From: Planctomycetota bacterium
GTDB lineage: Bacteria > Planctomycetota > B15-G4 > JADJEK01
Length of the DNA: 64,000 bases
Assembly (NCBI GenBank): GCA_044225365.1
Contig: JBGAIQ010000003.1
Location: 160,001 to 224,000, forward strand
Reading direction: 5' to 3'
In this document: positions 30,674 through 42,000 of the stretch, piece by piece
Position numbering within the stretch: position 1 is the stretch's first letter
Layout: each line of letters opens with the position of its first letter
Program-made: the position numbers and the translations under genes
Notes under the pieces: model-generated
What the model saw: the letters and a program-made list of their open reading frames with translations, nothing else
Databases searched by the model: none
Told to the model about the DNA's origin: nothing

Positions 30674-31834
30674 TCACGCGCCGACGACGCGCCGCGATTC
30701 GAGTCGCGAATAAGCCGCTTCCACTCGATCGAGAGCCTCGTTCGGCGTGGAGCCGAAAGCGCAGAGATGGCCCATCTTGCGGCCCGCGATCGCTTCGCCC
30801 TTGCCATAGAGATGCAGTTTCACGTTCCCATCTTCCAGCGCTGCACCGAAGTCGGGCTCGCCGTGGATCCACAGGTCGCCGAGCAGGTTCTTCATCGCCG
30901 CGGGTCGAAGCGACTCGGTCGCGCCGAGGGGTAAGCCGCAGATCGCGCGGAGTTGCTGTTCGAATTGGCTCGTGATCGATGCATCGAACGAGAAATGCCC
31001 CGAGTTGTGCGGGCGCGGCGCGAGTTCGTTGACGACGAGCCGACCCGACTTCAACACGAACAACTCGACGCACAGCACGCCGACGACATCGAGGGCCTCG
31101 AGCACTCCTCGCGCGATCCCCACGGCCTCGCGTTCCAGGGCCGGCGGGAATCGCCCCGGCGAGATCGAGACGTCGAGGATGTGATTGCGATTCGCGTTCT
31201 CGACGAGGCCGTAGTGCGCGAACGATCCATCGAGTCCGCGCGCGGCGACGATCGATGCTTCGGTCTCGAACTCGACGAACGCTTCGAGAACGCACTCGGT
31301 CTTCCCCAGGGCGCGCCACGCCGAGATCGCTTCGCCGGGCGTGAGCACCTTGCGCTGCCCCTTCCCGTCGTAGCCGAATCCCGCGGTCTTGAGGATCGAG
31401 GGCGTTCCGATGCGAGATGTCGCTTGCGATGCGTCGTCCTCGGAACGAACGATCGCGTAGGGAGCGACGGGGAACCCGTTCGCGGCCAGGAAGGACTTCT
31501 CTCGCACGCGATTCTGGGTCGTGTGCAACACGCCTCCGTTCGGACGAACGGGCGCGTACTCCGCCGCCGCTGCCGCCGTCGGTGCCGGAACGTTCTCGAA
31601 CTCGAACGTCACGATGTCGACGTTGCGCGCGAACTCCCGCACGCGATCGAGATCGGCGTAGTCCGCGGTCACTTCCAGGTCGGCCACCTGTCCGGTCGGA
31701 GTGTCGGTGTCGGGCGAGAACGTCGCGACGCGATAGCCCATTCGTCGCGCCGCGATCGTGAACATGCGCCCGAGTTGCCCGCTTCCGAGGACTCCGATCC
31801 ACGATCCGGGCAGGATCTTCGCTCGGTTGCTCAT
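30674..31834 (-). CDS. purK: N5-carboxyaminoimidazole ribonucleotide synthase
   Basis: [47 protein letters not shown]. Confidence 0.97.
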   Translation of the reverse strand: MSNRAKILPGSWIGVLGSGQLGRMFTIAARRMGYRVATFSPDTDTPTGQVADLEVTADYADLDRVREFARNVDIVTFEFENVPAPTAAAAAEYAPVRPNGGVLHTTQNRVREKSFLAANGFPVAPYAIVRSEDDASQATSRIGTPSILKTAGFGYDGKGQRKVLTPGEAISAWRALGKTECVLEAFVEFETEASIVAARGLDGSFAHYGLVENANRNHILDVSISPGRFPPALEREAVGIARGVLEALDVVGVLCVELFVLKSGRLVVNELAPRPHNSGHFSFDASITSQFEQQLRAICGLPLGATESLRPAAMKNLLGDLWIHGEPDFGAALEDGNVKLHLYGKGEAIAGRKMGHLCAFGSTPNEALDRVEAAYSRLESRRVVGA

Positions 31835-32373
31835 CCGACTTCGTCCTTCAGAACTCTCGCCGTCTGAGCCTCCCGCCATTGCGCGTAGCGCTTTCTCAGC
31901 GCTTCGTCACCGCGAGCGAGCACGGCGACGGCGAGGAGCGCCGCGTTGATCGCGCCGCTTCTCCCGATCGCCAGCGTCCCGACGGGGACACCCCCCGGCA
32001 TCTGCGCGATCGACAGGAGCGAGTCGAGGCCCTTCAGGGAATGACTCTCGACGGGAACGCCGAAGACGGGCAAGAGCGTATGCGCCGCGACCATTCCCGG
32101 AAGATGCGCGGCGCCGCCCGCCCCTGCGATCAGCACCGCGAGCCCGCGCGATTCGGCGGACTTCGCGTAGGACGAAAGGAGATCGGGGGTGCGATGCGCC
32201 GACACCACCCGGCATTCGTGCGAGACATCGAGTTCTTCGAGGATTCGATCCGCGTGCTGCATCGTTTCCCAATCGCTCTTCGAACCCATCACGATTCCGA
32301 CGCGCGGCGCGCCACCGTCGGACCGCGAGTGCTTTCCTCGCCTTCGAACCTCGGAGCGTGGAGTTGCTTTCAT
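31831..32373 (-). CDS. purE: N5-CAIR mutase
   Basis: [36 protein letters not shown]; exact start uncertain. Confidence 0.95.
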   Translation of the reverse strand: MKATPRSEVRRRGKHSRSDGGAPRVGIVMGSKSDWETMQHADRILEELDVSHECRVVSAHRTPDLLSSYAKSAESRGLAVLIAGAGGAAHLPGMVAAHTLLPVFGVPVESHSLKGLDSLLSIAQMPGGVPVGTLAIGRSGAINAALLAVAVLARGDEALRKRYAQWREAQTARVLKDEVG

Positions 32374-32377
32374 CGCC

Positions 32378-32660
32378 ATGTCGATCCTCGAACTCGTGAG
32401 AGCGAACCTCCTGTCCCCGAACGTCCTCGCCGTCGCCCTCGACATGGAAGGGTGGCGTGGAACCGTCGGAAACGGGGCTCGCAGACGTTTGGCCGCTGGC
32501 GCTCGGTGCACTCGCGATCGGCGTGGCGACTCCGCTTTCTTGCGTCGCCATCCTCCATCGCCATCCATCGAATCGGCGGCCTCGGCCGCACTGATAGCGC
32601 GCCGATCGCCGCGCACTACGGTCAGGTTCATCGCCACGACGACGTTCCTCGGAACCTCGA
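32378..32660 (+). pseudogene. sbtA: Fragmented 5' remnant of a sodium-dependent bicarbonate transporter (SbtA family)
   Basis: Consecutive pieces in shifting frames: [17 protein letters not shown]; KGGVE...[17 protein letters not shown]; [18 protein letters not shown]; FIATTTFL. Confidence 0.75.
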
Positions 32661-32726
32661 GGGTCGTGACTCCCGGACGAAGGCACGACGAGAACGTGGC
32701 GTCCGCATCGGATAGGATCGACGCGC

Positions 32727-34625
32727 GTGGAGAACGACGCCTCGCCATCGAGTCAGCGAAAGCGCGATATCACCGCTCTCGACGCGTACCTCGCGGAGAC
32801 CGGCGAGAGCGATGATGCGCCGTTCCCGTATCGCGCGCTCGAATCGCGCTATCGACTCGAGGGCGAACCGCGTCAGGGCGGGATGAGCGAACTGTGGCGA
32901 GCGACCGATCTCGTCTCGGGCGAGATCGTGGCGATCAAACGCCTACGTGCCCATCGAATCGGCAACGACCGCGCTCGACGCCGATTCCACCGCGAAGCGC
33001 TGAGCATGGCGGCGCTCACACACGAGAACGTGCTCCGTCTCCTCGACCTCGGGCGCGACGAAAATGGCGACTACCTGGTATTCGAATGGGCGGCGAAGGG
33101 CTCGCTCTCGGATCGCGTGCGACTCGACGGCGCGCTGCCCGAGCCCGAGGTATTCTCGATCGCGACGCGGATCGGTGATGCACTCGCCGCGGCTCACGCG
33201 CGCGGTCACGTGCATCGCGACGTGAAACCGCACAACATCCTCGTCATGGAGGCCGGCGAGCCGAAACTCGCCGACTTCGGCCTCGTGCTCCTCGAGGGCG
33301 AATCGGAACTCCACGTTCCTGGCGCCCGCCCGGGCACTCCCAACTACATGGCGCCCGAGCAGGTGACGAGCGGGTCCACGGTCGACGCGCGCGCCGACGT
33401 GTACGCATTCGGCAAGACGCTGTACTACCTGCTCACCGGCGAGCGGCCGCTCGCGGCGGATCTCTCGCGCGTCCCGTGGGCGTGGCGTGGCCCGCTCGCA
33501 TCCGCCCTCGAGGTGGACCCGAAGAAGCGCACTCCTTCGGTCCGCGATCTGATGTGGGCGGTTCGACGCCGTCGCATCGTGCGGAGTACCCCGTTCAGGA
33601 TCGCCGCGATCGGATCGATCGGGTCGATCGCGGCGCTGCTCGTCGTCTCGCTCCTCGCGCGCCGCGATTCGACGGCGAACGCGCCCGGCGCTCCCGAGCC
33701 GGACGCGCCGGGTCGGATCGAGCATCGCGCGAACGACGAAACGGCGGCCGCGGTCGCCGAGACCCCGCCGCGGACGGATACGCCGGCCCCGCAGCCCGCG
33801 GTACAGACCGACCGGATCGACTGGTTCTCCGCAACGGCGATCGCCGCCGATCCCGCGCGCTCGCCCTATGGCGGGATCGAATTGAAAGCGCAGGACGGGC
33901 TCGTGCCGCTTCGCCAGGATCTCGTGTCACGGCTGCTCGAATTCCTCGTTCTCGGCACGGGCGCTCCTCCCGAGCGCAACGCCAACGGTCGTCTCGTCAT
34001 CGCCGCCGACACCGGAATCGTCCTCGTGCTCGTTCCGTCTTCGGACTCTCCCTACTTCATCTCGAAGTACGAGCTGACGCAGGGCCAATACTCGAGACTC
34101 ACTCGCGCGGAGCCGAGCCGGCTGTCACCGCGCGCGACAGCGCCCGGGCTCCATGTCGATCTCACGCATCCCGTCGAGAATCTCTCGTCGGGCGAGGCGC
34201 GTGCGGCACTGCGCTCCGTCGGCCTTCGCCTGCCCACCGAAGGCGAGTGGGATGTCTCGTTCCGCGCCGGGGGCGAAGAGATCGAGATCCTCCGTCGCGC
34301 GCCGTGGAACGAGAACCTCGGCGACATCGCCGATATCGAAGCCCGCATCGAGCGAGGCGCCCCGCCGCCCCCGCGCCTTGGCGATGGGTTCTACGGTCAC
34401 GCGCCGGTCGGCAGTTTCGACGCCAACGACTTCGGGATCTACGATCTTCCCGGGAACGTCTCCGAATGGTGCGAGCCGAGCAGCACCGATCGCGGCACCA
34501 TCGCGTTCGGCGGCAACTTCGCCTCTCCGCCCGAGGCGACCTCGTTCACGTTGCGCGTGGAGTGCGAGTCCGAGCGACGCAGTGTGACGATCGGAGTGCG
34601 CGCCGCGCGCGACCTCGAACGTTGA
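32727..34625 (+). CDS. Hanks Ser/Thr kinase + TM + FGE-sulfatase domain protein (paralog of 27099..30647)
   Basis: [24 protein letters not shown]; [31 protein letters not shown]. Confidence 0.9.
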   Translation: MENDASPSSQRKRDITALDAYLAETGESDDAPFPYRALESRYRLEGEPRQGGMSELWRATDLVSGEIVAIKRLRAHRIGNDRARRRFHREALSMAALTHENVLRLLDLGRDENGDYLVFEWAAKGSLSDRVRLDGALPEPEVFSIATRIGDALAAAHARGHVHRDVKPHNILVMEAGEPKLADFGLVLLEGESELHVPGARPGTPNYMAPEQVTSGSTVDARADVYAFGKTLYYLLTGERPLAADLSRVPWAWRGPLASALEVDPKKRTPSVRDLMWAVRRRRIVRSTPFRIAAIGSIGSIAALLVVSLLARRDSTANAPGAPEPDAPGRIEHRANDETAAAVAETPPRTDTPAPQPAVQTDRIDWFSATAIAADPARSPYGGIELKAQDGLVPLRQDLVSRLLEFLVLGTGAPPERNANGRLVIAADTGIVLVLVPSSDSPYFISKYELTQGQYSRLTRAEPSRLSPRATAPGLHVDLTHPVENLSSGEARAALRSVGLRLPTEGEWDVSFRAGGEEIEILRRAPWNENLGDIADIEARIERGAPPPPRLGDGFYGHAPVGSFDANDFGIYDLPGNVSEWCEPSSTDRGTIAFGGNFASPPEATSFTLRVECESERRSVTIGVRAARDLER

Positions 34626-34637
34626 CCGCGAAGGACC

Positions 34638-35282
34638 TCAGGGTGCGAGTCGTTCGATCGACCACTTCGTCCCATTGCGACGATAACGCAGGCGATCGTG
34701 CAATCGACTCTTCCGGTTCTGCCAGAACTCGACCGTCTCGGGCTCGAGCCGAAAGCCACCCCAATGCGGCGGGAGTTCGACGTCGCGGCCGGCGAACCTC
34801 GCTTCGATCTCCTCGACGCGGCGCAGGAGCACGGAGCGATCGGCGATCACGCTGCTCTGCGGCGACGCCCAAGCGCCGACCTGTGATCCGCGCGGACGAC
34901 TGCGGAAGTAGGCCTCGGAATCTCGCCGCGGCGTCTTCACGATGCGGCCTTCGACGCGCACCTGCTTGCGCAGTGCATCCCAATGGAAGCACAGCGCGGC
35001 GTGAGGATTCGCGGTGAGTTCGCGACCCTTTCGTCCGTCGTAGTTCGTGTAGAAGACGAATCCCGAATCGACGACGCCCTTCACGAGTACGACGCGCGCC
35101 GACGGCCGGCCATCGGGTGTCGCCGTTGCGAGCACCACCGCGTTCGGATCGCTGAGATCCAATGCGAGCACCTTGTTCCACCAGCGGTCGAATTGAGTGA
35201 AAGGATCGGGCGCGAGATCACTCTCGTTCAGCGCGTCGCCGTCGTCGGTCACGTTGCGGTCGGTCTCGTCGTGTCGTCCCAT
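34638..35282 (-). CDS. pdxH: Pyridoxamine 5'-phosphate oxidase
   Basis: PSARVVLVK, FYTNY, QVRVEG, YFRSRPRGSQVGAWASPQS, EFWQ...RLHDR. Confidence 0.96.
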   Translation of the reverse strand: MGRHDETDRNVTDDGDALNESDLAPDPFTQFDRWWNKVLALDLSDPNAVVLATATPDGRPSARVVLVKGVVDSGFVFYTNYDGRKGRELTANPHAALCFHWDALRKQVRVEGRIVKTPRRDSEAYFRSRPRGSQVGAWASPQSSVIADRSVLLRRVEEIEARFAGRDVELPPHWGGFRLEPETVEFWQNRKSRLHDRLRYRRNGTKWSIERLAP

Positions 35283-35427
35283 GGCGGAGATTCGAAGGAC
35301 GCGGCGCCGTGGAAGCAAGGATTCCATCGCAACGCCTGTATCCCCGTCGCGATTGCACGGCGCTCATTGACTCGCGAGGATTTCCCGTCAAGATCGCGCG
35401 CAGGTACCCATCTCCGGAGGCAAACCC

Positions 35428-37806
35428 ATGGACGCCGAGGTCTGGGGCGGCAACGACGGTCCACTCTCGCTCGCCCTCGAGATCGCCGAGGCCGAGTGTC
35501 AACAGCTCCGACATGAACGGGTCGACGCCGGTCACCTGACTCTCGGTCTGCTCATTGCATTCCCCGAGCCGATGCAACAACTCCTCGAGCCGTTCGGGCT
35601 GAAGCGGATCGATCTGATCGAGGCCTTGCGCGCGGCGATGCCGCACATCGAATCGGAGAACAAGGGACGGGCGAGCGAACCGATGCCGTCGGCCGAACTG
35701 CTCGAGGTGATGCGCCTCGCGGAGAGTGTCGCGAGCGGTGAGACCTTGCGCTTCGAGCACGTCCTCGTCGCGATGCTGCGCCAGCAGAGCAATCTGCCCC
35801 GCCGTGTGCTGCTCTCCTTCGGCGTCGACCTTCGGCGCCTCGAAGCGCTCGCGCGGGCGCACCTCGTCGAGAAGGGTGGCGCGCCGGGCCCGACCCTCGG
35901 CGCGACCGAACGCCGTCAAGCCCCGAAGGTGATCCGCTCGGAAACCGTCACGTCAGATGCGACCGATTCGGTCGTGTCGCAACTCACACGCGACATGGTC
36001 GAGATGGCCCGGGACGGCGAGATGGATCCCGTCATCGGCCGCGAGCACGAGATCGACGCCGTTCTCGAAACGCTCGCCCGTCGCAGCAAGAACAACCCCG
36101 TCCTGCTCGGCGAGCCGGGCGTCGGCAAGAGCGCGATCGTCGAAGGACTCGCGCAGCGACTCGCCGCGGGCAAGGTGCCAGCGCGCCTCAAGCAGCTTCG
36201 GATCCATGAACTCTCGACCGCCGATCTCGTCGCCGGCACGCAGTATCGCGGCGACTTCGAACAGCGCATCATCAAGCTCGTCGAGGAAACGTCGCAGGAC
36301 CCGAATCTCGTGCTCTTCATCGACGAGATCCACACGATCCTCGCGGCCGGCGGACAACAGGGAACGGGCGACGCGGCCGCGCTCCTCAAGCCGTACCTCG
36401 CGCGCGGCGAGATCCGCTGCATCGGCGCCACGACCAACGACGAGTTCCGCAAGTTCATCGAGAAGGATCGCGCGCTCGTGCGGCGCTTCCAGCCGATCAA
36501 CGTGCCGGAGCCGACGCGCGACGAGTGCATGGCGATCCTGCGCGGCGTACGGCCGCGGCTCGAAGAACATCACATGCTCAAGATCGGCGACGACGCGCTC
36601 GAAGCGTCCGTCGCACTCTCGGTGCGCTACCTCACCGAACGACATCTCCCCGACAAGGCGCTCGATCTGCTCGACCAGGCCTCCGCGCGCAAGTCGCTGC
36701 GCAACGCCGATCAGCCGGACATCCAGGTCGACGCCCACGACATCCTCGAACTCCTGCGCGAGCAGCTCGGCAAGAACCTCGGCGAGATCACGCTCGACGA
36801 GACCAAGAAACTGCTCGGCATCGAGGAGTTCCTGAAGCTGCGCGTCGTGGGCCAGGATCACGTCGCCGAGCGTGTCGCCGAGCGCATCCGCCTCGCGAAG
36901 CGCGAGCTCGATTTCCGCCCCGAACGGCCGAACGGCGTGTTCCTGTTCCTCGGACCGACGGGCGTCGGAAAGACCGAGGTCGCGCGCTGTCTCGCCGAGT
37001 ACCTCCTCGGCTCGCGGAATTCGATGCTGCGCTACGATCTCTCGGAGTTCACCGAGGCGCATTCGATCAGCAAGATCATTGGCTCACCGCCCGGCTACGT
37101 CGGCTACGACGACGAAGGGCACCAGCTCACGTCGAAGATCCGAACGCATCCACAGACGATCCTCCTGCTCGACGAGATCGAGAAGGCGCACCCCGCGGTG
37201 CTGCACCTCTTCCTCCAGGTCTTCGAGGACGGTCGCCTCACCGACTCGCACGGCCGAACGGTCTCGTTCTCCGAAGTGACGATCATCATGACGTCCAACA
37301 TCGGCGCCGAGGCGTTCCGCAAGCGGGAGTCGATCGGCTTCACGCCGATCAAGGATCTCACTCCGGAGGAGATTCGCGAGCAGGCGCGCACGGTGCTCGA
37401 GGGTGCCCTCGCTCCCGAGCTCATCAATCGCGTCGACGAAGTCCTCATCTTCAATTCGCTCGGCCGCGAGGTCATCCAGGAGATCGCGGTGAAGCTCGTC
37501 GAGCGGGCGATCGAACGCTTCCGCCGCGAGAACAAGTCGATCGAGGTCGAGGAGAGCGCCGTCAAATTCCTCGCCGAGTCGGGCTACGACCCGAAATTCG
37601 GCGCGCGTCACCTGCAGCGCAACGTCGAGCAACTGCTCCTGCAGCCGCTCGCGCGGGAGACCTACACCTCCGACTGGAGTCTCGTGCACAAGATCAAGGT
37701 GAAGCGAGAAGGCAGCGCGCTCGTGTTCGAGAAGCTGCATCGCAAGCCTCCGCGCGCCACAGCGCGAGCGGCCAAGAGCAAGGGTGAGGAGGCCGAGTCG
37801 GCTTGA
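35428..37806 (+). CDS. ATP-dependent Clp protease ATP-binding subunit (ClpA/ClpC type)
   Basis: Clp N repeats; DPVIGRE, GEPGVGKS, FIDEIH, LPDKALDL; GPTGVGKT, IGSPPGYVG, LLDEIEKAH, GARHL. Confidence 0.94.
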   Translation: MDAEVWGGNDGPLSLALEIAEAECQQLRHERVDAGHLTLGLLIAFPEPMQQLLEPFGLKRIDLIEALRAAMPHIESENKGRASEPMPSAELLEVMRLAESVASGETLRFEHVLVAMLRQQSNLPRRVLLSFGVDLRRLEALARAHLVEKGGAPGPTLGATERRQAPKVIRSETVTSDATDSVVSQLTRDMVEMARDGEMDPVIGREHEIDAVLETLARRSKNNPVLLGEPGVGKSAIVEGLAQRLAAGKVPARLKQLRIHELSTADLVAGTQYRGDFEQRIIKLVEETSQDPNLVLFIDEIHTILAAGGQQGTGDAAALLKPYLARGEIRCIGATTNDEFRKFIEKDRALVRRFQPINVPEPTRDECMAILRGVRPRLEEHHMLKIGDDALEASVALSVRYLTERHLPDKALDLLDQASARKSLRNADQPDIQVDAHDILELLREQLGKNLGEITLDETKKLLGIEEFLKLRVVGQDHVAERVAERIRLAKRELDFRPERPNGVFLFLGPTGVGKTEVARCLAEYLLGSRNSMLRYDLSEFTEAHSISKIIGSPPGYVGYDDEGHQLTSKIRTHPQTILLLDEIEKAHPAVLHLFLQVFEDGRLTDSHGRTVSFSEVTIIMTSNIGAEAFRKRESIGFTPIKDLTPEEIREQARTVLEGALAPELINRVDEVLIFNSLGREVIQEIAVKLVERAIERFRRENKSIEVEESAVKFLAESGYDPKFGARHLQRNVEQLLLQPLARETYTSDWSLVHKIKVKREGSALVFEKLHRKPPRATARAAKSKGEEAESA

Positions 37807-38906
37807 GCGACACACGCATCGTCGCGGTCGACATCCGGCCGTTCGACGTACCGCTCTTCGCTCCGTTCGGAGTCGCCACCGGCGCTCAGGTCGTCGCGCG
37901 AAACGTGCTCGTCACCGTGACCCTCGCGTCCGGCACGCAGGGCTTCGGGGAAGGTGCGCCCTTTCCCGCCGTGACGGGTGAGACCCAGGAGCATTGCGTC
38001 GCGGCGCTGGAGACCGCGAAGGATGCCGTTCTCGGCGAGGACGCGGGGAACTGGCGCCATCTCGCGGCGCGCATCCGCTCGCGAACGGGTCCCCACTCCT
38101 CGGGTCGCTGTGCACTCGAGACCGCGATCCTGGACGCGTTCACCAAAGCGTGTTCGATGTCCCTCGTCGCGTTCTTCGGTGGAAGATCGCACGAGCTCGT
38201 CACCGACATGACGATCACCACGGGCAGCATCAAGGAGGCCGAGAAGGCGGCGAACGACATCCAACAGCGCGGCATCCGCGCGATCAAACTCAAGATCGGC
38301 TCCCAGGATCTCGACCTCGAGATCGAGCGGATCAGTCGAGTACGAAAGGTAGCGCCCGGTTCCCCTTTGATCCTCGACGGCAACTGCGCCTACGACGCAC
38401 GAACGGCCCTCCGCCTGCTCGACCTGGTGAAGCGCCGCTCGATCGAGATCGTCCTCTTCGAGCAACCCGTCGGCAAGGACGACCTGGAAGGGATGAAGAA
38501 GGTCGCGACCGAAGGCGAAGTGCCGGTCGCCGCCGACGAATCGGTGGAGAGCGCCGAGGACGCCCTCACGATCGTCCGTCGCGGCATCGCTCAGGTCATC
38601 AACATCAAATTGATGAAGAGCGGGATCGCCGAAAGCCTCGATATCGCCGCGATTGCGCGCGCGTCGGGCACGCGGCTCATGATCGGGGGGATGATCGAGA
38701 CGCGCCTTGCGATGGGGATGTCGGCGTGCTTCGCGGCAGGTCAGGGCGGCTTCGATTTCATCGATCTCGACACCCCCCTCTTCCTCGCACAGGACCCCTT
38801 CGAAGGCGGGTACGAATTGACGGGCGACCGGATCGACCTCCGCCCCGTGAAAGCCGGACACGGGCTCGCGCCGCGGGCAAACTTCTTCGCGAAATCGCTG
38901 CGATGA
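37803..38906 (+). CDS. Dipeptide epimerase (L-Ala-D/L-Glu epimerase, enolase superfamily)
   Basis: GFGEGAP, KLK, DGN, EQP, ADES, NIKLMKSG, MIGGMIET, DLD; TTG start overlaps the clp stop. Confidence 0.87.
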   Translation: MSDTRIVAVDIRPFDVPLFAPFGVATGAQVVARNVLVTVTLASGTQGFGEGAPFPAVTGETQEHCVAALETAKDAVLGEDAGNWRHLAARIRSRTGPHSSGRCALETAILDAFTKACSMSLVAFFGGRSHELVTDMTITTGSIKEAEKAANDIQQRGIRAIKLKIGSQDLDLEIERISRVRKVAPGSPLILDGNCAYDARTALRLLDLVKRRSIEIVLFEQPVGKDDLEGMKKVATEGEVPVAADESVESAEDALTIVRRGIAQVINIKLMKSGIAESLDIAAIARASGTRLMIGGMIETRLAMGMSACFAAGQGGFDFIDLDTPLFLAQDPFEGGYELTGDRIDLRPVKAGHGLAPRANFFAKSLR

Positions 38907-39009
38907 GCAGGAACTCGCGAACGCCGAGACCGTCAGGCACGTTGATTGCGTTCCTTCGGACGCACCGGCGTCCGTCCTCCTCGTAACCGAATCGCGTCAG
39001 GATCGATCG

Positions 39010-42000
39010 ATGCACTCCTCGACTAGGTGTGGCCGCGTCATTGCATTCGTTTGCACCCTCGCATTCCTGAGCGGCCCCGTGCTCGCGCGGCAGGCGCCGA
39101 GCAAGCCGACCGATCCGATCGCGATCGCGAAGGAGGCGTTCACGCGGGGCGACTTCGCCGCCGCCCGCACCGCTCTCGATGCCCTTGCGAGCAAGGACCC
39201 CGCGGACGCCGAGATCCTCCTCCTGCGCGCGCAGGCCCTGATCGCGCAGCGAGAGTTCCCTGCGGCCCTCTCGGACGTGGATCGCGCCCTCGCGACGTCG
39301 TCGGGCCCGGCGCGAACGAAACTCGAGTTCGTGCGCGCGCGAGTCCTGATCGAACTCGGGCGTCTCGACGATGCGCTCGCGACGACGCGCTCGGCCGTCG
39401 ATCGACTCCGTGAGCCCGGTCGGCGCCAAGAGCTCGTGAAGCCGTGGATCGACGCGGCGAAGGCGCGCCTCGAGCCCGATCCGAAGGCGACGGAGCTCGA
39501 ACGGGCGGCGTTCAAGCCGGACTACGCGACGGCGAAGGATCTGCTCGAAGCCGGGAAGTCGACGGGTGCGCTCGGTGCACTCGCGACGGAGGTCGATCTC
39601 CTGATCCTGCGCTGCCTCGACGCCGGCGCCGCGGACGCCCGAGCGAGACTCTCCGCCGCGCGCACTTTCCTGAAGGATCACGCCGAAGGAAGTGATGCGT
39701 CGCCGGCGATACGCGCGGAAGTGCTCTTCATCCTCGGCAGAGCCGAACTCGCGATGAAGGATGTCGCCGCGGCACGCGCGACGGCCCGCACGCTCACGAA
39801 GATCGAACCCCCCGACGAAAAGGGAAAGTTCGGCAAGGTGCTGTGGCTGCTCATCGCGACGACCGATCTTGCGGTTCCGGAGATCTTCGACTCGAGCCAC
39901 CGCATCCGCGAAGCGATCGCGGCCCTCGTCGCGATCGACCCTTCTGGGCTCGAGGCCGAGATCGCGCGGCAAACGCTCGCGAGCTCGTTCGCCACGATTC
40001 CCGAACTGCGCGGTGAGGCCGTCGCCGTCCTCGACGTCGCGCGCGCCGCGAGGCCGAACTCCGAGAACGCCGCAACGATCGAGCTCGCGATCGATGACCT
40101 CCTCGTCGCCAACGGCGACGTGAACGCCGCGGTGGACCGTCTCGAGAAGTTCCTCGCGGGCCGTCCCCTCGACGATGCGGGTCGCGACGTGCTGCGCCGC
40201 ATCGAGAAAAACCTCGAGGCGGAGGCCGAACGCCTGTTCCAGGTCGCGGGTCGCACTCCCGAGGGCGCCGAGCGGACAGAGGCCCTCGAAGCTGCCCGCG
40301 CGGCCTACGTCCGCTTGATGCAGCGTTTCCCGGCTCGCGACGATCTCGCGAAGGACTTGTTCGCGGTCGCCGAGATCGAGGGCAAGCTCGAACACATCGA
40401 CGCGGCGCTCCTCGGCTACGCGGAGATCGAGAAGCGATTCCCCACCCGTCCCGAAGTCGCCCTCTCTCGACTCGCCGCATTGCGGATCCTCGCGGACGTG
40501 AAGCACGACTACGCCGGCTGCCTCGCGAGGATCGACAGACTGATGGCGTCGCCGCCGGTCGACTCCGAGATCATCGCCCTGCGCGAGGACATCCTGCGAC
40601 AAGTCCTCGAAGTGAAGGCGAAGCGCGTATTCCGGAAAGGCGAGACTCCGCTCGTCGAGATCGAGTCGCGCAACGTCGACAAGGTGACCGTCGCGCTCTA
40701 CCGCGTGAATCTCAAGGACTTCTTCCTCGCAACGGGCTCGATCGACATCGTCGGCGATCTCGACGTGTCGCTCATCAAGCCGGATCGCGAATTCGCCCTC
40801 GTGACGAAGGGGGCGACGGGCGATGCGCACGCGCCGTCCAAGCTCGAGGTCAAGCTCGACGATCCGAAGGACGTCCTCGCTCCGGGCGAGGCGATCATCG
40901 TCGCGGCGCGCTCGGGATCGCTCGATGCGCGCACGCTCGCGATGTGCTCCGACCTTTCGCTCGCCGTCGTGCGCACGGGAACCGAATTGCGAAGCCTCGC
41001 CGTCGATCGCGCGAGCGGCGAGATCGTCGCGGATGCGGTGCTGCGGATCGCGGACGATCATCACCTGCTGCCCGTCGGTGCACCGCTCACGCGCGACACC
41101 ACGGGCCCGCGACTCGAGATGCTCGTCGCCGCGCAGAGCGGCCTCGCCACCGTGCGGACGACCGTGACGCCCGATGCGATGCCGAAGACCGCGATGAAGG
41201 GATTCCTCGTCGTCGATCGCACGATGGCGCGGCCGGGCGATACGGTGACGTACACCGGCTTCGTCCGCGACGCCGAGGGTGCGCCACGCGCCGAGCCCGC
41301 GATCGTTCGGGTCGTCGAAGTCGATCGCGCCGAGATCGCCCGCTTTTCAATCGCGCCCGAACCCGGTGGTCGCATCCACGGCACCTTCCGCGTCGATCCC
41401 GCGTGGCCGGGCCCGCACGTCCTGCGCTTCGACCTGCTCCCCGGCGAACGGATCGGCGAGTCGCCGCTCGCCAGCGACAATCTCGAGATCGAACCGCTCG
41501 GCGCGGAACCCGCCATCACGTCGATCGAGCCCACCGCGGATCATCTCTTCCAAGGGGAGCCCGCGCTCTTCTTCGTCCGAAGGCGGGAGACCGATGGCCG
41601 ACCGCGGGAGAACGAGGAAGTCTGGTACCGCGTCGGCAACGAGGAGCCGCGAAGCGGTCGCACCGATGCACTGGGGCGCCTTCCCATCGAGGTCACGGCC
41701 GAGGAGACGACGGATCGCACGATCCTGTCGCTCGCGGCAGGCACCGCCGCGGACGTCGTGAACTTCGACGAGCCGCTCCATACGCACGCCGCGAACGGAA
41801 TCGAGGTGAGCGGCGATCCGCCCGCGGAGATCCTCGCCGGAGACTCGCTCGCCCTCGGCCTGCGCCTCGTCGACGAGCTCGGCGAGGGCGTCGCGGGCCG
41901 CATCGACTGGACGCTACTTCGCGTCCGACCGATCGGCGATCAGAAGGTCGGCAGCGGCAGCGTCACGCTCGGAGCCGACGGCCGGGGCAAGCTCGCGATC

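Noticed and set aside
27099-34625. Diversity-generating retroelement targeting the FGE/CLec C-termini
   Set aside because: No reverse transcriptase in the window, and no near-identical template repeat differing at adenines was seen. The two 3' ends differ like ordinary paralogs.
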